From NCBI RefSeq assembly GCF_009914755.1, contig NC_060925.1: 64,000 nucleotides of DNA. One strand, written 5' to 3'. The translations under genes and the position numbers were made by a program. Within the stretch, counting starts at the first letter, position 1. Each line of letters begins with the position of its first letter. The stretch comes from the human T2T-CHM13v2.0 reference genome, Homo sapiens. Positions 52,751 through 64,000 of this stretch are shown piece after piece. A model generated the notes under the pieces. That model searched no databases and was not told where the DNA came from. It saw only the letters and a list, made by a program, of their open reading frames with translations.

Positions 52751-53057
52751 GGCCGCGTGTGGTGGCTCATGCCTGTAATCCCAGAACTTTGGGAGGTCAA
52801 GGCAGGCAGATCACTTGAGGCCAGGAATTTGAGACCAGCCTGGCCAACATGGCAAAACCCCATTGCTACTAAAAATACAAGAATTATCCAGGCATGGTGG
52901 TGCATGCCTGTAATCCCAGCTACTCGGGAGGCTGAGGCCTGATTCTGCTTGGGAGAACTGCTTGAACTCAGGAGATGGAGGTTGCAGTGAGCTGAGATCA
53001 CACCATGCACTCCAACCTGGGTGACAGAGTTAAGACTCTGTCTCAAATTAAATAAAT
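52751..53057 (+). mobile_element. AluS with a small internal insertion
   Basis: TSD agaaac(t/c)att; extra ctgattctgcttg at about 52939. Confidence 0.9.
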
Positions 53058-53156
53058 AGAAACCATTTATCTATTGAGAAAAATGTAAATAATTTTGAGT
53101 TCTTTGAGTAGATTTTAGCAAATTATATGAATAAAAGTTATTTTCTTTTCCTTTAG

Positions 53157-54467
53157 GATGTTTAAAAGTTAAAATAAAGCTATGTCAAAACTGTTTAGGA
53201 AGTATGTAGGGCCAAAGGACCTTCACCAAAAAGCCAAAAACAAATACCCAGCCCAGTGGCCTGAGAATGGACATAGAGGTAGCAAGGCAGTCAGATGATG
53301 CCCAGGACACAGAGAAGGCATCTTCAGATGACTCCAGCCTGAGCTCAGGAAAGATAAATCAGGAATTAAGGCTGCATATGGATATTCAGGAGGAGTACTG
53401 GCTACCCTCCTTGCTGGCTGTATCTTAGCAGTTTTCTCAGGTTGGCAGGAGCTTCTGGTAGAACTTTAGTGTGAAGATGAGGAAACTTATGAAATCTGTT
53501 ACCACTCCCAGAGTGAAACCCCTATAGGGATCTCGGTCACTTCTAGAACCAACTTTAACCTACAGTATGAGGATGAAGGCATAGAATCATATTGTTCTAA
53601 GCACTCAGAAGAACTTCAGGGAGAGTCTATTGAGGATGATGAAAATATGATCCTTGTTGACATTTTATGATGAAGACATAGATCTGATCTCTAGAGAAGA
53701 TTGCTCTGATCAACAGCACAATTGTTGGACATCTTTTTAGGACCTCACAGGACTTCAGGAGCATAAGCAGAACCACTTAGGGGAGGATTCCTACTGTCAC
53801 CCCACCTGTAGCAAGGAATTATTCTGGGCTGCCAACCTATGCATGCACAAATTGATTCACTCTGGAGACCAGCCATGTAAGGGGCCTGAAAGTGATAAAG
53901 GTTTCATCCGCACAGCGGATGTTTGGAGGCACCTGTGTAATGTGCATGAGATGGAGTGCTCCAAAATGACTATGGAAAGTGTACTGTGAGAGATCCCTAG
54001 TCCATGGTACACCAAAGCCAGCACAGTTCAGATGAACAAAACACAGGGAAGGAAGACTGCAAACCACACATCTGTCCTCTCTGCTGTAAGGAGTTTCACA
54101 AATCAAACCTGCTGTCAAGACTTAAGGTGGCCCCTCAGCAGAGCAAGCCACAAAAATGCCAAGAGTGTGGTGTGGCCTTTGTCCATGTGGACAGGTGAAA
54201 AAGATACCAATAAATGCACTCTAGAGTGCAGCCTTTCTACCGAGATGAGTGTGGGGGACTTTCACTCAGCTGGTATCCCTGCAACCCTATCAGCGGATTC
54301 ATTCTGGAGAGAAAGCAGTCTCCTGTGCTTCCTCTGCTCATGCTGTCACTCAGCCAGGGAACTTGAGGAGGCATGATGGACTCATGAAGTGGAGGGACCC
54401 TAGTGGCTGAGCTGTCAAGTTTATCTCCACCTTTTGTTTTTATGTCTATTAAGATCTATTCAATAAA
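53157..54467 (+). pseudogene. Decayed C2H2 zinc-finger gene exon (7 degenerate fingers), probable ZNF648 paralogue
   Basis: Acceptor ttttcttttcctttag at 53141-53156; ATGs at 53158 and 53182; acidic stretches; manual translation across stops and frameshifts gives ...LQEHKQNH-LGEDSY-CHPTCSKELFWAANLCMHKLIH-SGDQP-CKGPESDKGFIRTADVWRHLCNVH...KPHICPLCCKEFHKSNLLS...KPQKCQECGVAFVHVDR*KRYQ*MH...TFTQLVSLQPYQRIHSGEK...TQPGNLRRH; AATAAA at 54462-54467. Confidence 0.85.
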
Positions 54468-54646
54468 ACAAGTTTTCTGTCACTAACTTACTCAGTTCAG
54501 GCTTCTCCTCCAGGCCCTGCCCCTCATGAATGGCTTGAAATAAATCTAAGAATGCAGTTTTTCTCCCTCAGAAATGCTGTGGTTATTTCTAGCAAGAATA
54601 AGATAGGTACTTACAGGTATAGATAATACTGTTATTAATGGCTGAA

Positions 54647-54756
54647 AATTAAATAAATTATTACAGTTGAGTTTATGGTTGATAAGCTATATATAAATAT
54701 ATTTATATATATAAATTTTTATAGTTGATAAACTCAACTGTAAAAATTATTTAATT
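54647..54756. repeat. AT-rich imperfect palindrome
   Basis: Perfect 16-bp inverted arms (54661-54676 and 54728-54743) around a perfect 24-bp palindrome (54688-54711). Confidence 0.85.
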
Positions 54757-56169
54757 CTCAAATAAATAAGCCTTATCAAGGAGCCAAGCCATTTTCATAA
54801 TCTGGTGTTCTACTTGGTTTCTTAAGGACTAGTCTTTATTGAAGTTTTCCGTAATTGCAATCCCTGTGATGGTTGGCATGCAGTTCTGAATGTAAATGTA
54901 GCCTCTTTCCTCAAGTCCATTTGCAGTCTGGTTTATCTTTGTCATTAATTATTTGTACTTTTCAAAAGAAAGTATTTATTTTTCTTAAAAGCTGTGACAA
55001 TACTTATTTGGATGATTTTTCAAACTACATATACCATTTATATATTCCAAGAGTAATCGTTACATTTATAAGACATAACATGACTGATTTCCTGTATCAG
55101 CAATACATTCATTTCAGTATTTGAAGAAATTTGTTTACCCCTTTGGAGTATAAGCTGTCTTAGTTACCTTGTTTGTTTTTCTCTTTTAAAAATTATCCAA
55201 AAGATAGTCTTTGATAGGGCTTACTTTGCAAGTCTGTGTTAGCCCTTTTGCTATTATAACTGACTTCAGTTCCTGGGTTTTGGTGCTGGAGACACATTTG
55301 GAAGTGGAATTCAAAAGAGAATCTTTATTTTAGGCCAGTTGATGGGCTTCAGGAGGCCTGTGACTCCTTGAAATTGTAACACAAAACATCAGTAATGAGG
55401 GGTTTTTGATAGGGTCCGCAGCTTTTATTGGATTCTCAAGTAGCTTGTGATTCAAGAAAAGGTTCAGAAGCATTTTCATCATGAAGATTTAGGAAACAGC
55501 TGCAGATCTAATTGGTTATAGCATTTTGGAAACTCTGGAGTGATTTTCAGACTCACTTTAATTTCATCCTTATCCTTAGTTCTTTACTACTTTTCTCAGG
55601 ACTGGTATATCAATACAAAAGCACCATCTTTAGTATACTTGTAATAAATGCTTTCCTTCACATTTGTAATTTTACTGGCAGTAATCCTTTGCATGGTGTT
55701 TCCTTTTCTGCAAAATGGGGATAATATTATAATATTGCCCTCAAAGGACTGTGTTTTAGGCTCTGGAGAACTAGGAATTTCTCCCCTTTCTAGGAAAGAC
55801 CATACATTAATTTACTTATCTTTGAATTAAGAATTGAAATATACCAAGAAAGAGAGTGACCAAAAGGGATTCATACTTACGATTCCTTATCAGATGTGAT
55901 ACTGGTGTCCAGGTATTTCTGCCCCCTTCTCAAAGGCTCCCTCTTCCTGGGCCCTGGAGCTATTAAGGCTCACTTGGCAATGGGACAGATTACACAAGGG
56001 TACCTATGCAACAACTGGGCCTCAACCAGCCTTAGTGGGTGGCCATTGGAGAGAATGTGGCAAGAGGCAGCAGACATGTTTCCAAACCTTCTGGCAATTT
56101 ACTTAAGGTAGAAATCAGGGCTTGTGGTGACTAGTCTCTTACTCGTTAGGAGGAAGTTGTTCTTTATAT

Positions 56170-56715
56170 TATTGTTTGTTATCTACTGTGGCATTACAAA
56201 TTACCAACCAAAATTCAACATCTTAAAAAAAAACAAGTATTTATTATTTTACACAGTTTCCAAGGATCAGTAATTTGAGAGCCACTTAGCTGCACAGTTC
56301 TGGCTGTTGGTCTTTCATGAGGTTTCAATCAAGTAGTCAGCCAGGTCTCCAGTCAACTGAACTCTTGACTGGGGATAGAGGATCCACTTACAAGCTCACT
56401 GATGTGGCTGTTGGTGGAACACCCAGTTCCTCACCACAGGGCCTCTCTACAAGGCTACTCATGACATGGTGGCTGTCTTCTGCCAGAGCAAGTGAATGAG
56501 GGAAAAAGAGAGAGAAAGAGAAACAAAGTATCCTATGGAAGCCACAGTACTTTTTATGCCTAGCCTCCAAAGTCACACACCATCACTTCTGCTTTATTCT
56601 ATCCATTAGAACCGAGTCACTAAGTCCAGCCCACACTAAAAGGGAAGGAAACTAGGCTCCACTCTCGAAGGGAGGTATGTCAAAGAATTTGTGAACACAT
56701 TTTTAAAGCCACCAC
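56170..56715 (-). mobile_element. MLT1F-like LTR
   Basis: MLT1F/G-type motifs ending ...tttttaaagccaccaca. Confidence 0.7.
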
Positions 56716-58516
56716 AGTGATGATGAAAAATAAAAATGTAAGCAGGCATAACTTCTAAACCAAAAGGCAAGAAATTTGCTACATATTCTCCTTGTTGCAG
56801 ACAGGCAGCCTATTCTTAGAGAGGACACGTAGACCTTATTGACCTTTGCTTAACAATAACAGACAATAGCATGACCTATTAATCTTGATTGCGTTCCTGG
56901 AAAGGAAAATTGTTGCAGACCCCATGTGGGAATATTTTTCAAGGACCTTTCATAACAGATTATTGTAGGAATTAATTGAGATAATGAATGTAGTGCCCAA
57001 TCCCTAAAAAGTGTTCACTAAATGGTAGCTATTTTTATCCTTTCACCAAGCCTTATTAACTCCACCCCTGAAATCTCTGGCATCTTCTCATCTTACCTCT
57101 GTCCCCACTTGTCCTTGACTTCATCTGAACTACCACAAGAGATTCCCTCTATCCCTGTTTTTGGCCTCCTCCATGTATTATTTGTTTTTAGCAAGAGGTG
57201 TTTTTCTTTAAATCTTAGTGATAACTTATATTTTATAGCAGTTCTATTCATTTGCTGAACCAATCTGCTGAGTTCCTGACACTCCTAAACAGTGAAACTC
57301 TGAACCAATTTGACTGAAAGTTGTAGGGTGGGGGTGGTTAAGGAGAAAAATGAGGAGGAGAGAGAGAAAGATAAAAACATTATCTAGACAGTGGAAAAAT
57401 TGTACTGGCATGGTTTAATGCAGAATGGAAAGAGGGAAATTGATGTTAAAAATGAGCTTTCCTGTCAACTTAAACAGCTGCCCTCTTCTGGTTTGATGAA
57501 ACATTGAGTCACTCCATCTTTGGCAATATGTTCATGGGTCATGGAGTTTGTAGTTCGTATTCTAGTTCTGAGTCTAGCAATGACATCTGCTTGAGTGTTC
57601 TGGCAATTAAACTAATGCTTTACACAAAATTTTCTTCCAAGCAAGATTTTTTAAGCTCTAGTTGGAATTCCTGGGTGATCTATTGTGTTCATATCAGGTT
57701 AATATAGCTTTTCAATGTGCATGCATTTAGAGTATAGAGTGTGTAAATGTTGACTGCCAAGATTAACTGCTGGTATATTTTTCTGTGTAAGGCACAGGCA
57801 CAGAATGTTTCTTTAGCCAGTGATAGGAAACAACAGTGGGCCTTCAAGGAAGTATTACTCCTTTAACTCCAATTTATTCCCCCTGGCTAGGTTATTGACA
57901 GTTTCCGAGGCATCAATGATTAAGAGCTGCCAACCCAGACTCTCCCAGATCCATTAAGTCATTCACAGGTCTTTGTTCCTGAGTCATGCCATGATTTCTG
58001 CTGTGCTGTGTTTCAATTTTTATCATCGTTTAAATTGAATTTATTGTCATCCACTTTAAAAATGCACATCAACAACTCCATTCCAAACAGAGGCAGTTGG
58101 CCCTGTGAACAGTCTCTGGAGCAAGCATGTCTAAATGTCACATCATTACTATGCCAGCCACTTTCTAGCTGTGGTATCTTTCTCCCTTGATTTCCTAATC
58201 TTAAAAAAATGGGGATAAGAATCACCATAAGTTTGCTTTAAAAAACAGTTAACATATATAAAACATTTAGAACAGTTCCTGGCACAAACTGAACACAATG
58301 TAAGTGTTGGCTATTATCATTATGGTCTAAAGAATACAAGTCATGAGCACCATAGACTGGTGAACCCATCAGGGGAATTTTTATTAAGTGGAAACTTATA
58401 AATGAACATTTTTACTGGGTATATTCAAATTAATTTTGGCACCCTGTACTGTGGAAACAGCATTAACCCAGAGAGAAGCTTTAAATTCTTTTTGTCACGA
58501 AGAAGGCCCTGCCCTT

Positions 58517-59145
<629 letters not shown>

Positions 59146-59951
59146 TAATTACATAATAGAGAAATAAGGTTGTCTGCTGTGATGTACAGTAGGTTAACAG
59201 AAAACCAGAAAGTAGCTCGGCATAATTTGGGGCACAAATGCAAGACAGAATAACCTGTCTTCAAGCATTGATTCTTCTCCAAAGATGTGACTCAACTACC
59301 CCTACTCTGAATGGACAGACTCTACTGGGCAGAATTTGTCCCAAGCCACCTCACAGCTGGTTGGCTTCTCTTTTGTCCACTCCATGTACTGTTGCCTTCT
59401 ACTTGTGTACCACTGTCTGGTCCAGTGATCTGTGACTACTGGTTCCAATGGGATTCCTTTCTTCTCTAATACCTACTCAGAATGACCCTTGCAGTTGATG
59501 TGAGAAAAGACTGGTTGGGACAATTTTCCTTAAAATCTGAGTTGTTTTGTGAAAGGCCTGAAGGACTAATGAACTTCTCTTGGACCTGTTCAGTACATTC
59601 TACCCCTTATATTCCAGAAACATAGTATACAGCACCAAAGATACCCAGCACAAGCAAATCCAGCGTTTCTGCCTATTAACAAGTACGCTCACTCCTTCTC
59701 CAAAGCTATGCCCATGTGGAAGCCATACCTAGATACCACACTGCAGACCTTTATCAGTATTCAAGGTTAGGGTTCAGCAAGTTATATGGTTAACAAACAG
59801 CGCAGGTGACTCCTATGCAACCAGGTTTTGGCGAACAACTCCATAAAAATTATAAAACAAAACCAATTCTTTTAATTTGTAAAAACTATACTAATGACCA
59901 TCTTCAAGAAAGGATACAATGAAAAGGAGTAATCCTTCAGTCTTCAAATAT

Positions 59952-59957
59952 TTTATT
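59952..59957 (-). terminator. ZNF648: Candidate polyadenylation signal (AATAAA) of ZNF648
   Basis: tttatt on the + strand; T-rich sequence lies downstream on the minus strand. Confidence 0.6.
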
Positions 59958-60214
59958 GATTATCTAGGAAAAAAAAGTTAGCTTTTGCTCTCTTCATAGT
60001 CACAAGCTCATCTTGTGACTTTTCTACCAATTTAAAGCTCTTGCATCCAGCCAAAGTTTCCGTCATATAGTAGGATCACTCTAACTTTTACCTACTACTA
60101 TCACTTCTATTTTGCCAATGCAGATGCAGAAACTGAAGCCCAAGGTCACATCAACAGTAAAGGATGGGGATGGACTCTTTTATTACGGTTACCTTGGTCA
60201 AACAAGACACAAGA

Positions 60215-60244
60215 CTATCTAGCTATCTAGCTATCTAGCTATCT
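60215..60244. repeat. (CTATCTAG)n tandem repeat, about 3.7 copies, in the ZNF648 3' UTR
   Basis: Read directly from the sequence. Confidence 0.85.
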
Positions 60245-61669
60245 CTCTTACTTCTCTTTGGCGCCCCCATGTGTCATGAGAATGCTATTTAGAGGTCACA
60301 CCCTAGTTCCAAATCAGGTGGAAACCAAGAGAAATTCAGATTTGGCATTCTTTGGTGGCAATTTTAGGAATATACTAAAGGTACTCCCCCAAAAAGGGCA
60401 CTATACCTTCTTATGGAATATCTTATTTAACTTCAGTAAGATGAGAAGTGCCGTTTGCCTATGTGCACCAAGGACATCTGTGGAGTCATAGATTCCTCAC
60501 AGTTGAGGTTCAGCTAAGAACTACTGACTTTATACAGATCACTATACACATCAATACACTTTGCAGAATGGCTGTTAGTAATGCAAACTTTGAAATAACC
60601 TCATTAGATAACTGTGAGCACGTAGGCTTCCATACCTGGTTTTAATGATTTTGAAATGCAGACAAGCCAATGGCACTTGGGCAAAGGGTGTTTTGTTCAC
60701 TTCAAGTCAAGACTAATGATTCAGACAAATTTAAATGAACCCAAACGGTTTCATGAACCATGGTCAAGGCTTTGTGGAGAAATTATATATGTCTCTCTGT
60801 AAATGGGCCAATTGCTTTGTAAATATCACATATGACTTAAGCCCTCAGAGTGCAAACAGGAAAAGAGGCAGCCAGAGAGAAGGCATATATGAATTTATAT
60901 GAATTCTGTGGGTGAGACTCGGGTTAGATCTACTTACTAAATTCCACTATAAAGAGGAATGGGCTTCTTTTTCAGATGCTAAGGCTGTCCTGAACTTCTA
61001 GAATAACTGGAATATGACATAAACCACCTTCTCTAAGATAAAGCCCTTCTCCACTTCAAAGCCAAGACTCATAAAGATATATCCTAAGGGTAAAGCCATT
61101 TCTGCAGTCAAGTGAAATGATGGGATGTTGGACTGGGTTTGAGTTCCTCCAAAAACGGCGTTGCTTTGGGGGAGTTCATCATAGGGACCACTTCTGGGGA
61201 TTCCTTTATTTATATAAAAACCAAAAAGCATCTTTCTCTAAAGAGGACCAGCCCCTCAGGCCTTCTTTTCAGTATTTGCATATGGCTTTGAGGGTAGGAC
61301 AGGTTAGTCTTTTTCCCCACCTTATCCCTGGAGCCCGGCCCAGTGCCCAGCATGTAATTCTAGAAGCAGTTTCTGATTGATTCAGGTTCCCCAACCCAAG
61401 GAACTCAACGTTTGATCAGCTCCCACTACTTTGTCTTTCCCTTTTCCAATTGCTTATGACCTCGGACACTCAGAACCACTGATGTGAAACCACCCACCTG
61501 GGTGCTCTCTCGGTGGTGACTTTCTGTTCAAGGGATCAAATAAATAATCAAATGGACCACTGATGACCCGCGACCTGCTGGGAGGCGAGGCTGACCAGTG
61601 AGGCTGGCAATACCATGTGAGTGGGCCCACCTGGGAAGGTTCCAAGTAGTGAGGTCGACGATGCTATCT

Positions 61670-63376
61670 TCACTCGTCAGAGGAGGAAGGGATGGGCTCC
61701 TTCTTGCAGGTGCCGTGCTTGGCTCGGTGTCGTTGGAGGTGATTGGACCTGGTGAAGGCCTGGCCGCAGTCCTCACACTGGTAGGGCCTCTCTCCGTTGT
61801 GCATTCGTATGTGCTGGGCCAACTCAGAGGCAATGCGGAAGGCCCTGCCGCACTCGGCACAGAGGAATCCCTTCTCCCCGGAGTGGATCTGTTGGTGCCG
61901 CTTCAGGGTCGAAGAGCGGGCAAAGGCCTGGCCACACTGCGTGCAAGGAAAGGGCCTCTCGCCAGTGTGGATGCGCTGGTGGCGCACGAGGCGCGAGGGC
62001 TGCGCGAAGGCCACGCCGCAGTCAGCGCACTTGAAAGGCCTCTGGCCGGTGTGCAGCGTCTGGTGCTCGGACAGATTGGAGGACTTGGTGAAGCACTTGC
62101 CGCAGGTGGGGCAGGGGAAGGGCCGCTCGCCCGAGTGCACGCGCTGGTGCTCCACCATGCGGCTGGCCACAGCGAACTCCCGGTCGCAGGCGGGGCAGCG
62201 GAAGGGCTTGGCGCCCAGGTGCGTGCGCTGGTGGCGCAGCAGCGACAGCGGCTTGTTGAAGGTCAGGCCGCACTCGGAGCACGGGAAGGGCTTATTGTTG
62301 CTGTGCATGTTGCGCTGGTGTTTGCGCAGGTCCGAAGAGCGCACGAAGGCCTTCCCGCAGTCTGGACACGGGTAGGGTTTCTCGCCTGTGTGGGTGCGGA
62401 TGTGCTTCCGGTGGTCGGAGGACCAGGTGTAGGCCTTGTCGCAGAAGGAGCACTGGTAGGGCCGCTCGCCCGTGTGCAGGCGCCTGTGCTGCTGGAGTGT
62501 GCCGCGGTGGGAGTAGGCCTTCCCGCATAGCTCGCACGCGTAGCGCTTGGCGGCGCCGCCGCGCGTCTCCGCGGGGCTCAGCGGCTTGCTGGGCTTCTGA
62601 AAGGCCCGCCCGCCCCGCAGGCACCTGTAGGGACGCGCCTCAGCCTCTCCGCCCTCGCGCCGGCCCGCCTGGTTCTGTACTTTCCTGCTGTTCCGCGCTT
62701 TTGCCAGGACCGCGGCAGCCAGGCTGGCTGGGGTGGCCGACGCCTGGGCTGGTGTATGTGTCTCTTGCGTGGGAAGGTCCCAGTTGCTCCCCGGCCTGGG
62801 GAAACACAACAGAGAAGAGTTCCCTGCGGACGTGTCTACACTTTTGTGCGCACAGAGATACTTTCCATTGCTGGGGAAGCTGGGTGGGACATCCAAGACT
62901 GCGTCCTGGTTTGCCCCCGAGTATCCATCATCACCCGCAGGTAGTCGGTCCCCAAGAGGTTGCATCTGACCTAACAATTTGTGTGCGAGACCACTGGGAA
63001 GGGAACCCAGAGCTCTGCTTGCTCCCGGGGAACCCTGGGTCTCCTTGATCTTTGTCACATCTCTGCTCCAACTGGCTTTCCCAGACATTTCCACTGGTTT
63101 CTGCCCCATGCCCCCAGCACTGGAGGAGTCAGAGAATTTCTCTTCCTCTTTGCCCAGTGGATGGGGCCATGGCAAGTCAGGATTTTCGTGTGTTACTGGG
63201 GAGCTGCCCCTTGGACAGGCCACCGGGTCAGCGGTGCCCTCTTTTTCGGCCTTCCCACCATCTTCATCGTCACTCTCTAAGTTCATGCTCAGCATCTGGG
63301 TGTCATGAGCTTCCTCAGTCAAGCTGCTGAGAGGAGACGCCTCTCCCCACCTGTCCTGGGAGTCCACTTGTGCCAT
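61670..63376 (-). CDS. ZNF648: Zinc finger protein 648; 568 aa, 10 C2H2 fingers, low-complexity N-terminus, no KRAB/SCAN domain; whole CDS in one exon
   Basis: Intact ORF MAQVDSQDRWGEASPLSS...KKEPIPSSSDE with 10 CxxC-x12-Hx3-4H fingers, mostly joined by TGERP/TGEKP-type linkers; recognised as human ZNF648. Confidence 0.96.
   Translation of the reverse strand: MAQVDSQDRWGEASPLSSLTEEAHDTQMLSMNLESDDEDGGKAEKEGTADPVACPRGSSPVTHENPDLPWPHPLGKEEEKFSDSSSAGGMGQKPVEMSGKASWSRDVTKIKETQGSPGASRALGSLPSGLAHKLLGQMQPLGDRLPAGDDGYSGANQDAVLDVPPSFPSNGKYLCAHKSVDTSAGNSSLLCFPRPGSNWDLPTQETHTPAQASATPASLAAAVLAKARNSRKVQNQAGRREGGEAEARPYRCLRGGRAFQKPSKPLSPAETRGGAAKRYACELCGKAYSHRGTLQQHRRLHTGERPYQCSFCDKAYTWSSDHRKHIRTHTGEKPYPCPDCGKAFVRSSDLRKHQRNMHSNNKPFPCSECGLTFNKPLSLLRHQRTHLGAKPFRCPACDREFAVASRMVEHQRVHSGERPFPCPTCGKCFTKSSNLSEHQTLHTGQRPFKCADCGVAFAQPSRLVRHQRIHTGERPFPCTQCGQAFARSSTLKRHQQIHSGEKGFLCAECGRAFRIASELAQHIRMHNGERPYQCEDCGQAFTRSNHLQRHRAKHGTCKKEPIPSSSDE
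61850..62750. promoter_or_regulatory. Intragenic CpG island over the ZNF648 zinc-finger coding region
   Basis: Very GC-rich with dense CpGs compared with the flanks; boundaries approximate. Confidence 0.75.
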
Positions 63377-63439
63377 GATGTTCAGGCGCTTCTATTGCCT
63401 ACTCCTCTGAGGAGGAGTATCCTGCTTGGCTCAGGATAC

Positions 63440-63456
63440 CTGCAAAAAGAAAAGTA
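63440..63456 (-). other. ZNF648: Splice acceptor of the ZNF648 coding exon (exon begins at 63439, 63 nt upstream of the ATG)
   Basis: Minus strand reads gtacttttctttttgcag|GTATCC: polypyrimidine tract plus CAG; the upstream non-coding exon is presumably beyond the window. Confidence 0.8.
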
Positions 63457-64000
63457 CGAAGAGAAAATCACAAAGAATGTACTTAATCACTTTCATGAGC
63501 AGAGGGACTGAGGTTCCCACTATAGCTCTGTTTCCAACTGGTCTCCATGTCAGGCATATTGTTGAGCCTCACTGAGGACAGAGGCCTGGCTCTGCTGAAA
63601 ATTCCAGTCATCCTATTCCCTCTGGAGATCCCACTTGCTATAAGCCCCAGGAGACCATGCTGTCAGGAATAGCCAGGGTGGGGCATTTGCTGGGTGCCAG
63701 CTGTGCCTTGTCCTGTCTAGGGTGCTCATCCCCAACCACTAACCAAATGTGTCCTTTGTCAGCATGGGGGACAACTCGATGAGAGGGTAGGAACCAAGCT
63801 GTGGTCCTCCTAAGACACTCTTACAGTGTCCCCCACTCAGGAAGCTGGAAACCAGGCTGGCTTTTGCTGTCCCTGCCAGGAATGGAAGTCTGCCATCCCA
63901 TGATGGTGTCAGCTAGGGTTACCTCTCAGGCCCTGGGCTGTGTAGGCCACCTCTTCCAAAGATAAGGAGCAGCCCTTGGGAGAATGAGGGTGAGTCAGGA

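Larger units (their letters stand above)
59935..61669 (-). other. ZNF648: ZNF648 3' UTR (about 1.7 kb)
   Basis: Mostly unique sequence between the stop codon and a minus-strand AATAAA at 59952-59957; 3' end approximate. Confidence 0.65.

Noticed and set aside
53157-54467. ZNF remnant as a processed pseudogene or as a functional short CDS
   Set aside because: It keeps a splice acceptor, shows no A-tail or TSD, and most fingers lack Cys/His ligands and contain stops
61598-62530. 310-aa + strand ORF and other ORFs overlapping ZNF648
   Set aside because: Antisense or alternative-frame shadows of a GC-rich repetitive zinc-finger CDS; no domain or independent gene signals

Overview
Human/great-ape genomic DNA, not prokaryotic. 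The one intact protein-coding gene is ZNF648 (minus strand; 568-aa CDS at 61670-63376 in a terminal exon of about 59935-63439), which places the window at human 1q25.3. Most of the rest is layered transposable-element sequence: a near full-length L1PB carrying an L1PA, an Alu and an SVA (the L1PA and the SVA each with a 3' transduction), a two-LTR MER61-like ERV1 provirus, a solo MER11 LTR, ERVL/MaLR remnants, DNA transposons and about 20 Alus. The most interesting non-repeat signal is a heavily decayed C2H2 zinc-finger exon on the + strand (about 53157-54467). It has a splice acceptor, an acidic N-terminal region, 7 degenerate fingers that line up in order with ZNF648 fingers 1-3 and 6-9, and an AATAAA. 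It looks like a dead, convergently oriented ancient paralogue of ZNF648, and an orphan CpG island at about 35 kb may be its surviving promoter. Repeat subfamily names come from remembered consensus sequences and need RepeatMasker/Dfam confirmation.
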